A DNA stretch of 64,000 bases. It comes from Candidatus Bathyarchaeia archaeon (GTDB lineage Archaea; Thermoproteota; Bathyarchaeia; 40CM-2-53-6). This document shows, one piece after another, positions 1 to 10,206 of the stretch. The stretch is from positions 640,001-704,000 of the forward strand of contig JBEKFP010000001.1 of NCBI GenBank assembly GCA_050013255.1, given 5' to 3'. Each line of letters begins with the position of its first letter. The first letter of the stretch is position 1. A program made the position numbers and the translations under genes. A model generated the notes under the pieces. The model saw nothing but the letters and a program-made list of their open reading frames with translations, was not told where the DNA came from and searched no databases.

Positions 1-557
1 CCGTTGGGAAGAAATGGGGAGAAGTTTTTCAGGGCCACATTGTGGAATGATGCAACTATTGTGGCGAGCAGCAACGCTACTATCGCGACCACCACAGCCA
101 GCTGTACTTTATTGCTTACCACTATTCCCTTGTAATTAATCGCGAACGCGGCGAATATTATAGCGCCCGCGACTACGAAAACCTCCGGCCTACTCATTGG
201 AAACGCGAACGCAAGGTAAGATGCGGCGATCAATGTCACAGCTGGGGCGCCAGTAATGTACCACACTACAAAAAGCCACCCGGTCATGGACGCGACGTTG
301 TGACCTAGGCTTTCTTTTGCGAATGCATAAACTCCGCCCGACTCGGGCCTGCGAGCTGAGAGGGATGCGAAGGTGTAAGCAAACGCGTAGCTAGCTATGG
401 AGAGGAGAATCCAGGCAACAAGTGAACCTGGCCCCGCGATTTTGGCTGCAAGGCCCGGAAGGACGAGAACGCCAGAGCCGAGGACCGAGCTTACGTACAA
501 TGCGACTGCGTAGCGGAGCGTGATCGCCTTCCGCAGGCCCTTACCCGAATTTTGCAT
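1..557 (-). CDS. APC-family amino acid permease (5' part; runs off the window)
   Basis: Manual translation from ATG 557: MQNSGKGLRKAITLRYAVALYVSSVLGSGVLVLPG...PESGGVY, with APC TM1 GSG and GG.Y motifs; absent from the ORF track. Confidence 0.85.
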   Translation of the reverse strand, partial: MQNSGKGLRKAITLRYAVALYVSSVLGSGVLVLPGLAAKIAGPGSLVAWILLSIASYAFAYTFASLSARRPESGGVYAFAKESLGHNVASMTGWLFVVWYITGAPAVTLIAASYLAFAFPMSRPEVFVVAGAIIFAAFAINYKGIVVSNKVQLAVVVAIVALLLATIVASFHNVALKNFSPFLPN

Positions 558-662
558 ATTCAAACAATGAGCGAAGAGAAAAATCACTCATTAAAGCCTT
601 GCAGAGGCGTGCGGCGGCAGCGTATTCCCCGGCCATGGTCCAGAGGTAGTGGTATTGTGACT

Positions 663-1910
663 TTAGTCTGTCTCGATAAGAAGCAGTTTCGGGTCTTCCA
701 AGTACTGTTTGATGGCGTTCATGAATTGGGCGGCCATGGCGCCGTCTAGGACCCGGTGGTCGAATGAGACGGATAGGTATGTCATGTCTCGGATGACAAT
801 TTGATTGTCCTTTACGACGGCGCGTTTTGTGATTTTGTGGACGCCTAGAATTGCAACTTCGGGGTAGTTGATTATCGGTGTCGCGAAAACTCCTCCGATT
901 CCACCAACATTCGTTACCGTAAACGTGCTGCCCTGAATCTCATCTAACGTCAACTGTCCAGCACGAGTTTTCTCGCTGAGCTTGGAGATTTCTTCTGCTA
1001 AGTGTGTAATCGATTTGTGTTCGGCTGCTTTCACGACTGGGACGACTAGGCCTTGCTCGGTGTCGGTGGCGATTCCAATGTTGTAGTACTTCTTGAGCAC
1101 AATCTCCTGTTTCTCGTCGTCTAGGCTGGCGTTGAGGTACGGGTACTTCTTCAGGGCCAATACGAGGGCTTTGATGATGAATGGCAGGTAGGTGAGTTTT
1201 ATTCCCTGTTTCTCAGCTGAAGCCTTAGCCTTCTCCCGCAAGTGGACAACCTCAGTCATATCGACCTCGTCCACGTGCGTGACTTGGGCGGTGCTGTCCC
1301 TCGACTTCACCATGTGTTCCGCAACCTTCCGCCGTATCCCCCGCATCGGCACACGCTCCTCGACGCCACGCGGCCCAGTCACCGTGATGGCTACTGCTGC
1401 AGCGCTTCTTCCCACATCCTTGAACCGCCTCACATCGTCGTCTATGATTCTCCCCCCTGGTCCGGTCCCTTGAACCGTTGCAAGGTCAACTCCCATGTCC
1501 CTAGCGAGTTTGCGTGTTGCCGGTGTTGCAAGGATTTCTTGCGGCTTCTTCGGGGCCACTGCAAGGGGAGCGGGTGATGGAGTAGGAGCGGTGGCCTTAG
1601 CAGGGACAACTGCGGGTGTCTTCGCGGTTGTGATGGTTGGTGAAACCGCCGGAGGCGCTGAACCTTGTTCCCCTTTTTCGCCAATTACGAGAAGAACTTG
1701 GCCCACCTTGACCGTGCCACCCTCCTTCGCCATGAGCTTTAGAATCGTTCCTTTCCTCGGCGAAGGGATTTCCACATTGACCTTATCGGTCATTATTTCG
1801 ACGAGCGGTTGGTTCTCCTTAACGTCGGCGCCTTCCTTCACGAGCCATTTCACAACTTCCCCCTCAGCGACTCCTTCGCCGATGTCTGGAAGCCGGAATT
1901 CGAACGCCAT
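663..1910 (-). CDS. 2-oxoacid dehydrogenase E2 (dihydrolipoamide acyltransferase)
   Basis: Single lipoyl domain (TDKV), Pro/Ala linker, E3-binding GTGPGGRI, catalytic DHRVLDG. Confidence 0.95.
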   Translation of the reverse strand: MAFEFRLPDIGEGVAEGEVVKWLVKEGADVKENQPLVEIMTDKVNVEIPSPRKGTILKLMAKEGGTVKVGQVLLVIGEKGEQGSAPPAVSPTITTAKTPAVVPAKATAPTPSPAPLAVAPKKPQEILATPATRKLARDMGVDLATVQGTGPGGRIIDDDVRRFKDVGRSAAAVAITVTGPRGVEERVPMRGIRRKVAEHMVKSRDSTAQVTHVDEVDMTEVVHLREKAKASAEKQGIKLTYLPFIIKALVLALKKYPYLNASLDDEKQEIVLKKYYNIGIATDTEQGLVVPVVKAAEHKSITHLAEEISKLSEKTRAGQLTLDEIQGSTFTVTNVGGIGGVFATPIINYPEVAILGVHKITKRAVVKDNQIVIRDMTYLSVSFDHRVLDGAMAAQFMNAIKQYLEDPKLLLIETD

Positions 1911-1932
1911 CTTACATCAACCCGGAACTCAT

Positions 1933-2907
1933 TCAGAAATTGTGAACTTTCTCAATCGCGTTCAGCACGCGGTTAGCGTTAGGCATGTATTCTTCTTCCA
2001 AAGCGTACGGGAAGGGGACATCGAAACCCGCTACGCGAACGATAGGCGCCTCCAAATGTAGGAGGCATCGCTCAGCAATCTGCGCTGCAATCTCCGCGCC
2101 GAACCCACAGGTCTTGCAAGCCTCGTGCAAAATAACTACCCGGCCAGTTTTCTTAACGGAACTCATGATCGTTTCAATATCGAAGGGCAGCAGGGTTCTG
2201 ATATCGACCACTTCAACGCCGATTCCCTTCGCCGCAGCTAATTCAGCCGCTTCCATAGCAACGTGGAGCATCGCGCCGTAGGCGAAGATTACAACGTCGT
2301 CTCCCTCGCGGGTGACGTTCGCTTTGCCGATGGGTATTGTGTATTCGTCGTCGGGAACTTCGCCGCGGACTGTTCGGTAGATTTTCTTCGGCTCGAGGAA
2401 CATGACGGGGTCGGGGTCGCGCAGGGCTGAGGTGAGAAGTCCTTTCGTGTCGTACGGTGTGGCTGGTATAACGACCTTGAGGCCTGGTGTGTGGATGAAG
2501 AAAGCTTCAGTGCTTTGAGAATGGTAGTGGCTGCCCTTTATGCCGCCTCCGTAAGGCGTTCGAATCACGAGGGGTGTTGTGAAATGGCCTCCGGACCGGT
2601 ACCTGAACTTGGACAATTCGCTTTGAATTTGGTCGAAGGCCGGGTAGATGAAGTCCAAGAATTGAATTTCTGGGACCGGCTTAAGCCCGTAGAGCGCCAT
2701 CCCGATTGAAACGCCGATAATCCCTGATTCTGCGAGCGGTGTGTCTATGACGCGGTTCGGCCCGAATTCTTGGAATAGCCCTTCCGTGGCGCGGAAGACG
2801 CCCCCGTTGATTCCGACATCCTCACCTAGGATCACAATCTTGTCGTTTCGCTTCATCTCATCCCGAAGCGTATGATTGACAGCCTGAACAATGTTGAGAA
2901 GCGCCAT
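1933..2907 (-). CDS. 2-oxoacid dehydrogenase E1 beta subunit
   Basis: GEDVG..GGVFR, DTPLAE, EIQF, YHSQS motifs. Confidence 0.95.
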   Translation of the reverse strand: MALLNIVQAVNHTLRDEMKRNDKIVILGEDVGINGGVFRATEGLFQEFGPNRVIDTPLAESGIIGVSIGMALYGLKPVPEIQFLDFIYPAFDQIQSELSKFRYRSGGHFTTPLVIRTPYGGGIKGSHYHSQSTEAFFIHTPGLKVVIPATPYDTKGLLTSALRDPDPVMFLEPKKIYRTVRGEVPDDEYTIPIGKANVTREGDDVVIFAYGAMLHVAMEAAELAAAKGIGVEVVDIRTLLPFDIETIMSSVKKTGRVVILHEACKTCGFGAEIAAQIAERCLLHLEAPIVRVAGFDVPFPYALEEEYMPNANRVLNAIEKVHNF

Positions 2908-2910
2908 GGG

Positions 2911-3993
2911 TTACGTGCTCTCCCCTTTCTCTTCGCGAAGTTCACGAAGCTGTTCCTCAAGGTGCCACGGCATTTCCTCGTAAACGTCCGTGAAGAGAGT
3001 CTCCAATGCCGGCCGCGGCAATTTCTCGCAGTAAGCGACGGCTTCATCCAATTCCAGGGTAGCTTGTTCCTGCGCCTTCTTCTCGTCTGCCTCGTTCCAG
3101 AGTCTTTTTTTCTCTAGGTACCTTCGGAACCTGACGAGGGGGTCGCGGTTTTGCCATTCCGCCAATTCCGCCTCAGCCCGGTACCGTTTCGGGTCGTCGG
3201 ATGACGAGTGCGGCCCCATACGGTAAGTAACAGCCTCAATCAACGTTGGCCCATCACCCTTACGCGCCTTGTCCACAGCCTCCTTCGTTGTCCTGTAAAC
3301 AGCTAGAATATCATTTCCGTCGACACGCATGCCTTCGAAGCCGTACGCTTGAGCTTTGATGGCTATGGTTTCAGAGGCAGTCTGTTTTTCTACTGGGACG
3401 GAGATTGCCCAATGGTTGTTCTGGCAGAAGAATACCGTCGGCGTTTTGTAAACGCCTGCAAAGTTCATACCGGTGTGGAAATCGTTTGCGGAGGTGGCAC
3501 CGTCGCCGAAGTAAGCCATCGTGACAATCGGGTCGCCTCTAAGCTTCGCAGCGAGCGCCGTACCAACAGCGTGCGGGATCTGCGTGGCGATGGGCGCTGA
3601 GCCGGAAACGTAATTGACGGATTTGAGGCCGAACAAGTTCGTGATCTGGCGCCCTTTCTGAACATCCTCCGCGTTAGCAAAGTACTGGTTCAGAAGCTGC
3701 TTGAGCGTAATCCCCCGAACAAGCATTGAGCCAATTTCCCTGTAAGCGGGGAAAATCCAGTCCTCAGGGTTTAACGCATAGGCGCTTCCAATATGCGCCG
3801 CCTCCTGACCCAAGCCGCCTATGAAGAAGCCGATTCTACCCGACCGCTGCAACTGAAGACCACGTATGTCTAAACACCTGGCGAGAACCATAGTCCGGTA
3901 GAGCCGGCGCAGCTCGTCTTTCGAAATTTCCGGCTCCATCTTCTCAACGTACTCGCCTGTTGGTTTTATGACCTGCAGTAACTCAAGGCTCAA
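2911..3993 (-). CDS. 2-oxoacid dehydrogenase E1 alpha subunit
   Basis: TPP motif GDGATS...NN; YRMGPHSSSDD phosphorylation loop. Confidence 0.95.
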   Translation of the reverse strand: MSLELLQVIKPTGEYVEKMEPEISKDELRRLYRTMVLARCLDIRGLQLQRSGRIGFFIGGLGQEAAHIGSAYALNPEDWIFPAYREIGSMLVRGITLKQLLNQYFANAEDVQKGRQITNLFGLKSVNYVSGSAPIATQIPHAVGTALAAKLRGDPIVTMAYFGDGATSANDFHTGMNFAGVYKTPTVFFCQNNHWAISVPVEKQTASETIAIKAQAYGFEGMRVDGNDILAVYRTTKEAVDKARKGDGPTLIEAVTYRMGPHSSSDDPKRYRAEAELAEWQNRDPLVRFRRYLEKKRLWNEADEKKAQEQATLELDEAVAYCEKLPRPALETLFTDVYEEMPWHLEEQLRELREEKGEST

Positions 3994-4111
3994 ACTCTAA
4001 CCCTCTCGTGAGGTTGCCGGAAACGAACTCGAAAGCTGGACTAGCACTAGTAAATCTTTGCCCTTTTGGCGGTGACATTGAGAAGACATGTTGCGTCAGC
4101 GCTGTCAAGAA

Positions 4112-5059
4112 TCAAGCTAGAGCGTGTAGTCTCTTCTTACGTATCAGTGCTTCAACGAAGAATTCACCAGCTCTATACGAGCTGCGAACGAACGGGCCTG
4201 AAGCCACGTACAAGAATCCGAGTTCTTCAGCCAAAGTCTTGTAGTGTTCAAACGTTTCCGGGCTAACGTACTCGGTGACAGGGATATGGCCCCTGGAGGG
4301 TCGAAGGTACTGGCCTAAGGTCAGGATATCCACATCAACATCCCGTAGGTCCTTCATCGCTTTGACGAGATCGCCCTCAGTCTCGCCTAGGCCAAGCATA
4401 ATAGACGATTTCGAATAAACCGTCGGATCCAATTCCTTGATTCCCTTCAGAACCCAGAGGGATTGCTTGTATGTTGCCCTCGGGTCGCGAACCTTTGGCG
4501 ACAGCGGTTCCGTGGTTTCTATGTTGTGGGCTACGACTTCGGGAGCTGCGTCAACAACTTTCTTCACGTCATCAAGATTTCCCTGGAAATCAGGAATCAA
4601 CACTTCCGTAATCACGTTCGGGTCTTGCTGTTTGATGGCCTTGATCGTTGACGCGAAGTGGCCTGCGCCGCCGTCGGGAAGGTCGTCGCGGTCTACGGAC
4701 GTTATCACCACGTACTTCAAGCCCAAATGGGCAATCGTCTTAGCGACGTTCACGGGCTCAAAAATGTCCAGTAACCCGTGCGGGTTTCCGCTCTTAACCA
4801 TGCAAAACCGGCAGCCCCGCGTACAAGTGTCGCCCATTAGCATGAAGGTGGCTGTCCCACCACCCCAGCACTCCGCCACATTGGGGCAGTGCGCTTCCTC
4901 GCAAACCGTGTGAAGGTTGTGGTTTCGAAGGACGTCTTTAATTCTCTCATAATTCTGGCCAGTGGGATACTTCACACGTAGCCACTCAGGCTTCTCGGCA
5001 CCCTGAGTTTCTTGAATTTGCAGGACGTGTGAATAACGGGGCATGCGAGACCCAGACAA
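4112..5059 (-). CDS. lipA: Lipoyl synthase
   Basis: CEEAHCPNVAEC auxiliary cluster, CTRGCRFC radical SAM motif, C-terminal RSSY. Confidence 0.97.
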   Translation of the reverse strand: MSGSRMPRYSHVLQIQETQGAEKPEWLRVKYPTGQNYERIKDVLRNHNLHTVCEEAHCPNVAECWGGGTATFMLMGDTCTRGCRFCMVKSGNPHGLLDIFEPVNVAKTIAHLGLKYVVITSVDRDDLPDGGAGHFASTIKAIKQQDPNVITEVLIPDFQGNLDDVKKVVDAAPEVVAHNIETTEPLSPKVRDPRATYKQSLWVLKGIKELDPTVYSKSSIMLGLGETEGDLVKAMKDLRDVDVDILTLGQYLRPSRGHIPVTEYVSPETFEHYKTLAEELGFLYVASGPFVRSSYRAGEFFVEALIRKKRLHALA

Positions 5060-5142
5060 TGAAGCCTAGGCTAATTCGTCCTTTTGACCTTTACCTTGGA
5101 TAACTAATCCTCCCCTTTTCATCGAGTTTTCGAGCAAGATTA

Positions 5143-5541
5143 CTATCGTTTCTTTCCGTTCAGCATCATGTACGCCCCGACGCCGATGAAGACGAGCGAG
5201 GAGAGTAGATTGAACACGAACGTCAGGACAGCGACTGGGATGATTGGATTCGTGCAGTAGTATTCGTATGGTGGCAGCTGTTGAGTAACGCCATTGTTCG
5301 GCATTGTAACGTTTGTGAACGTTGTACTGCTTGTGACGGTTACTGGGTTCGTGACGGGAGTGGGTGGAGGTGATGGTATGCCTAGCATTCCTGAGACGAC
5401 TGGAATGTAACAGTTGTAACTTAGCACGTTGGCTACCAGGCTAGTTATTGAAATGAAGATTGAGACTACTGCGAGGGCTACAACGAACAGGCCGACCCAA
5501 TAGAGTAGAAACTCACGACGGTTTGCTTCACTTTCACTCAT
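5143..5541 (-). CDS. Two-TM membrane protein with Thr/Pro-rich loop
   Basis: Two hydrophobic segments; loop bracketed by two Cys. Confidence 0.6.
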   Translation of the reverse strand: MSESEANRREFLLYWVGLFVVALAVVSIFISITSLVANVLSYNCYIPVVSGMLGIPSPPPTPVTNPVTVTSSTTFTNVTMPNNGVTQQLPPYEYYCTNPIIPVAVLTFVFNLLSSLVFIGVGAYMMLNGKKR

Positions 5542-5665
5542 AATAGGGGAATCTCCTGTTAGGTCGTAAGAGAGAGCCGTGATAAAAGACCACAGAATAG
5601 AACAGAACTGAACGCTACCGTTTGGACTAAACTATAAATGAAGACCATCTCGGAACCGCAATCTG

Positions 5666-6571
5666 ATGACCATGAAAACCCTGGTACCGTTTTTCTTGAA
5701 CCGGAAACGATTCGTGAGCATTATCATCGTCGTGTTCGTGTTGGCAGGCGCCCTTGTAGGTTACGCATCACAGCCTCAAAACTCATCTATGCCGATTCTA
5801 GGCGGCTACGCTGTAGTGAATGGGCCCGCTGTTCCTGGAGTTAATCAGCAGGTTACTTACTTGACTACGACGGCTGCAACTAGAACCGGCTCTCCAGGCG
5901 CTTATTCAACATCGTTCGGCGGACGCATGGTTGAACTGGACGGCGGCCTGACGATTCAAGTAAGCGATGTGAAGGCAGCTTCTGATCAAACTGCCCGCTT
6001 GGCCGCGTTGCTCAATGGTTATGTCGCATCTTCATCCTTTGACGACAGCGGGTCGGGTGCAAGTATCGTCCTGCGTATACCCGAAGCCAATTTCTCCTCA
6101 GCAATGCGCAGCCTCTCTAGCCTCGGCATAGTGAAAGCCCAAACTGTCTCAAGCAACGACATCACGGAACAATACGTAAACCTTCAAGCCCAGCTTGATT
6201 CGTACACAACCGAAGACGCGGCATTGCTTCGGATATTGAATTCATCAAAAACTGTTACTGATGCGTTGAGCACGGAGGACGCGATCCAGAACACGCAAGC
6301 TCAGATTAATGACCTCGAAGGCCAACTGCAAGTAATGCAACGCCTAGTAACTTTCGGAACCATCAACATTCAACTCATACAGCCTGCGACGAATCCAACA
6401 TTGGATTTCGGTGATGCATTGAACTCAGCTCTCCTGGCATTCTACACCGTTGCGAAAGGCATGCTGATACTTGGGGCGTCGCTTGTTCCAATAGCCATGA
6501 TCGGTGGGATAGCCTACGTTCCCTACCGCCATTTTTCCCGGAAAAAACAGAAGCCCATTGAGGCTCAATGA
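5666..6571 (+). CDS. DUF4349-like membrane-anchored protein
   Basis: N- and C-terminal TM; LRIP..., DITEQYVNLQAQL coiled-coil pattern. Confidence 0.75.
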   Translation: MTMKTLVPFFLNRKRFVSIIIVVFVLAGALVGYASQPQNSSMPILGGYAVVNGPAVPGVNQQVTYLTTTAATRTGSPGAYSTSFGGRMVELDGGLTIQVSDVKAASDQTARLAALLNGYVASSSFDDSGSGASIVLRIPEANFSSAMRSLSSLGIVKAQTVSSNDITEQYVNLQAQLDSYTTEDAALLRILNSSKTVTDALSTEDAIQNTQAQINDLEGQLQVMQRLVTFGTINIQLIQPATNPTLDFGDALNSALLAFYTVAKGMLILGASLVPIAMIGGIAYVPYRHFSRKKQKPIEAQ

Positions 6572-7234
6572 TTGCCATCCGAAAGCGACGAGATTAGAAG
6601 ATTACTCAAACAACTCTACACGCTAAGGTTAATCCTGAGTCTAAGCTTCGTAATCGCCGTAGGAACTACGGCCCTCATCGTCGCCCCCGCATTCTTCCAA
6701 CCTGCAGGATATGGGCCTACAGTGCCTGTTCCGGTTGCTCAGACAACGTTCGCGAGCACAACAACCTTCGCAAGCACGACAGCTACGACGCTGCTTACGA
6801 GTGCCTCTTCGACTCCTGGAGGGTATGGCGTCGCAGGACCGACCACGCTAGGCCTAGTCAGCTATTACGGCTTAACCGCGCTACTCTCTTGGACAGTTTT
6901 TGGGGCGGCTCTAATCTGGCGCGGCCACGTGCGTTCCGTCTGGGGTCAAAGCCGCTTCAGCTACGACACCTTCAGGCTTCTTGTGAAAATGCGCGGGGCA
7001 CAAACACGCCTCAAGCTCATGCATTCCCTTAACGCACCCAAGAACAAGCTACAGATCGCAACAGCCCTAGGCATAGACTGGAAAGCCGTAGACAAACATG
7101 TACACGTCCTCGAGAAGAACGGCCTAATCCACGCGACGTCAACCAGTGGAACCGCAACCTTCTACGAGGTCACAGGGAAAGGCAGAGACCTGATTCAAGT
7201 GCTCGAACAACTGGGCGCTGAAAATCCCGCATAA
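6572..7234 (+). CDS. Membrane-anchored ArsR-like winged-HTH regulator
   Basis: TM, Thr-rich loop, TM, then GAQTRLKLM...IATALGIDWKAVDKHVHVLEKNGLI wHTH. Confidence 0.75.
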   Translation: MPSESDEIRRLLKQLYTLRLILSLSFVIAVGTTALIVAPAFFQPAGYGPTVPVPVAQTTFASTTTFASTTATTLLTSASSTPGGYGVAGPTTLGLVSYYGLTALLSWTVFGAALIWRGHVRSVWGQSRFSYDTFRLLVKMRGAQTRLKLMHSLNAPKNKLQIATALGIDWKAVDKHVHVLEKNGLIHATSTSGTATFYEVTGKGRDLIQVLEQLGAENPA

Positions 7235-7335
7235 CGCGAATTCGACATAATTTCAAGTCCGCAATGGTAAATGTTGGTGGAAATCTGGCATAATTTCATA
7301 TAACCATTAATCCAGCGAAGCCCCGCAGACCTGAG

Positions 7336-8976
7336 TTGGATGAATTGCTAATGGGCAAGGATTTTGAGAAATTGAGGTTGAGAAGGTTCTTTGTTGGAGG
7401 ATTGTTTGGCGGTATTCTTGCCACAGTCATATTGTTTGTTGGTACTGAGTTTCTTGGGTTCCCCTTCCCGCCCTTAGCAATCTTTCAAGCGCTAATCGCT
7501 CCGGTTCCGGGGTCGATTCAATCGGTCATGGTTGACACGTTTCGTGAATATGCCAAGTATTCGGCCTTCGTAGCCTCCTCCGCCATCTACGCCATAATAT
7601 ACGGCCTCATCGCTGTTGGCTTAGCGTTTGTGTTCAAGGGAGACTTGCACGGTAAAGTGAAGGAAGCAACGCTTGTTGGCGTCGGCGTGCCAACGGTGAT
7701 TGGCCTCGGCCTTCAGTTAGAGTTAGCGAACGCATTCCCAGCCATATCGTCCTTGTACGGTTGGGTTCTTGCCGGCATCCTCGTCATCGCAGTGAACCTC
7801 ATCTACGCTAAAACGGTCATCAACTACACGACAACTGTCCCAGCCGCCGTAACCGCGAAGCAAACGCCTATGACGGCCATTCCATCCGTGCGGCGTGGTT
7901 TCTTGAAGAAGGCTGTGGTCGCGGCGGCCGTTCTTGTGTTCGCTGGTGTTGCAGCTAAGATTGGACTGTCCATACTCTCAAACCAACCAGTCGTGACAAG
8001 CGGGTCAGCTGTGCCAATCAACCCTAGCGGGCCAATAATACCCACACTTCCTAGCGGTGCCCCGGATATTTTCAGTGACCCAAGAATCAGCAACTTAGTA
8101 GCCTCCGAGGTAACCGATAACCGGGTGTTCTACCGGGTAGACATTAACCCGATTCCCCCGCAACTGGACTTCGACAAATGGATGCTGAATGTTCACGGGA
8201 AAATGAACAACGCCCAGACGCTCGACAAGAACTCGTTGCTGCAACTGGCCACCGTTGACCAGTACGCTACGCTTGAATGCGTTAGCAACTCGACCTATCC
8301 GCCGGGTGGCCTTATCAGTAACGCCAAGTGGACCGGCGTCCCGCTCGCCACGCTACTCAAACAAGCGGGGCTACTCGCAAATTCAAATTATGTCGTGTTT
8401 CGGTGCGCAGACGGTTACACGGTCGGCATACCAATCGCACGTGCATTAGAGCCAGGGGCTCTCTTGGCGTACAAGATGAATGATACCATGCTTCCCAACG
8501 AGCATGGGTTCCCTCTACGTGCGATCGTTCCAGGGATTTATGGGATGATGAATGCGAAGTGGATTACGGAAATCGAAGTCACAGACCAAGTGTACTTGGG
8601 GTACTGGCAGGAACGCGGCTGGTCCAACGACGCCCGTATCAAAACAACCTCCATCATCTACTACCCCACAGGCAACGTGCAAATGAATGGCTCCACGCCG
8701 ATCGCAGGCGTCGCCTTCGCCGGCGACCGCGGCATCAGCAAAGTTGAGGCCAGCGTTGATGGCGGGAACACTTGGAATGAGGCCACTTTGAAGCCCCCGC
8801 GCTCACCCTACTCCTGGGTGCTATGGGCTTATGCGTGGAAACCTACGGCAACTGGCACCGCTAACATCATTGTGAGAGCCACCGATGGGAAAGGCCAACT
8901 ACAAGACCCAACCGTCACACAATCCTTCCCCGACGGAGCCTCAGGATACTCGTCCGTCCAAGTCACGGTTGCATGA
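7336..8976 (+). CDS. Sulfite oxidase-family molybdopterin oxidoreductase with N-terminal membrane domain
   Basis: Mo-ligand TLECVSN, HGFPLRAIVPG.YG..NAKW, C-terminal Ig-like dimerisation domain; internal RRGFLKK. Confidence 0.9.
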   Translation: MDELLMGKDFEKLRLRRFFVGGLFGGILATVILFVGTEFLGFPFPPLAIFQALIAPVPGSIQSVMVDTFREYAKYSAFVASSAIYAIIYGLIAVGLAFVFKGDLHGKVKEATLVGVGVPTVIGLGLQLELANAFPAISSLYGWVLAGILVIAVNLIYAKTVINYTTTVPAAVTAKQTPMTAIPSVRRGFLKKAVVAAAVLVFAGVAAKIGLSILSNQPVVTSGSAVPINPSGPIIPTLPSGAPDIFSDPRISNLVASEVTDNRVFYRVDINPIPPQLDFDKWMLNVHGKMNNAQTLDKNSLLQLATVDQYATLECVSNSTYPPGGLISNAKWTGVPLATLLKQAGLLANSNYVVFRCADGYTVGIPIARALEPGALLAYKMNDTMLPNEHGFPLRAIVPGIYGMMNAKWITEIEVTDQVYLGYWQERGWSNDARIKTTSIIYYPTGNVQMNGSTPIAGVAFAGDRGISKVEASVDGGNTWNEATLKPPRSPYSWVLWAYAWKPTATGTANIIVRATDGKGQLQDPTVTQSFPDGASGYSSVQVTVA

Positions 8977-9101
8977 TTCTTCAACCAGCACGCGCCCGGG
9001 CCCACTCCCTCGCAGTCAGAACTTCAAGGAGAAAATTCGCGAATATCCCGTACCAAGGAACGCTGCCGTTAAAGGAGGCTGAATCGTCCAGCAAAATAAA
9101 G

Positions 9102-9236
9102 ATCGCTGGTAACTACGACGCTAGCAACGTTTGGGTGTACACCGGTTCATGGGTGAGGGCTACGGGTTCAACGAGCCTCACGCCAGGCGAAGCCATGTGG
9201 ATCCTAATCACCACACCCGCAACACTGAGGCCATAA
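9102..9236 (+). pseudogene. 3'-end remnant of a surface-protein gene
   Basis: IAGNYDASNVWVYTGSWVRATGSTSLTPGEAMWILITTPATLRP*; paralogous to the 10249-10404 remnant; no convincing start. Confidence 0.55.
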
Positions 9237-9365
9237 CACCATCAGCGAGCCGTAACCTTAGCCACGCTCATTGTCAGCCTGACCCTATGAATGAAAGCGA
9301 ACAACCATCGGCGCCGGTTTGTTTCCCCAGCTGAAACGTCTACTGTGAGTGCACGTTCGACGATT

Positions 9366-9393
9366 GTGGGAAATACTCTTAATACGTGGGAAA
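9366..9393 (+). promoter_or_regulatory. Putative TA operator (GTGGGAAA twice, flanking a TATA-like box)
   Basis: Direct repeats at 9366 and 9386 just upstream of the antitoxin gene. Confidence 0.4.
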
Positions 9394-9417
9394 AACGATT
9401 TCTAGGGCAGATCGGCA

Positions 9418-9642
9418 TTGGGTGAAGTTGCGTTAGACGACAAGTACAGAGTCGCGCTTGATCGAAGGATAAGGGAAGTCGCGGGGATAAAAAAAGGCGA
9501 CCGGCTCGTTGCGATTCCCTTCAAAGGAGGAGTTATCTTGGTGGCGGCTGGCGACCGCAAATTTGCTGGTAGCCTGACAGGGTTTGGTTTCGCAGAGGAA
9601 CGGCATGAAGCATCACGTTTCATATTTCGTAGGAAAAAGTAA
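9418..9642 (+). CDS. AbrB/MazE-type antitoxin (VapB)
   Basis: LDDKYRVALDRRIREVAGIKKGD swapped-hairpin motif; abuts a PIN gene. Confidence 0.85.
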   Translation: MGEVALDDKYRVALDRRIREVAGIKKGDRLVAIPFKGGVILVAAGDRKFAGSLTGFGFAEERHEASRFIFRRKK

Positions 9643-10041
9643 TTGCCCGTATTGGACACTGTAGTCATTTTTGGTGCAGCGGATTCCAACGATAGGCATC
9701 ATGATCGCGCCAAGCGGCACCTTCAACGCATCGCCAACTCTGAAGTCTATCTGGGGACTTTCGCACTTTTAGAGTTCGACATCGTAATGAAGAGCAGGGG
9801 ACTCTCCTTTCAGGAGAGAATGGAGAAGCATGTCTCGCTTCTGAGAGACTACCCTGAGTTGAGCGAAAAGATGGTTGGCGTGAGCCCCGCCACCCTTTAC
9901 CTTGCTTCTAGGCTCGAGGGGGAAGCGGAATTGGAGTATTTTGACGCGGGCGTTGCTGCCGAAGCCCTTCAACTTGATGGAACCGTCGTATCCACCGACC
10001 GAGCATTCGACCGGGTCGAGGGGCTAAAGAGAATATGGTAG
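9643..10041 (+). CDS. PIN-domain toxin (VapC)
   Basis: VLDT, E, FD, STDRAFD acidic tetrad. Confidence 0.9.
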   Translation: MPVLDTVVIFGAADSNDRHHDRAKRHLQRIANSEVYLGTFALLEFDIVMKSRGLSFQERMEKHVSLLRDYPELSEKMVGVSPATLYLASRLEGEAELEYFDAGVAAEALQLDGTVVSTDRAFDRVEGLKRIW

Positions 10042-10206
10042 CGACACGGTGCACACACCCCGCCACACTGAGGTCGTAAGACTCAACAGCCAAGTCACAG
10101 TCACATAATTGCTCCAACAGAAATTATCTTGCACACTTCATCCGCTACAGAACACATGGCGTAAACGTTTTGTGAGAACTTAAAGTGTGATTCGAATAAA
10201 ACGAGC

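Noticed and set aside
10045-10070. Another copy of the 13-8-13 site (GGTGCACACAC)
   Set aside because: Only a partial arm; the core is absent.
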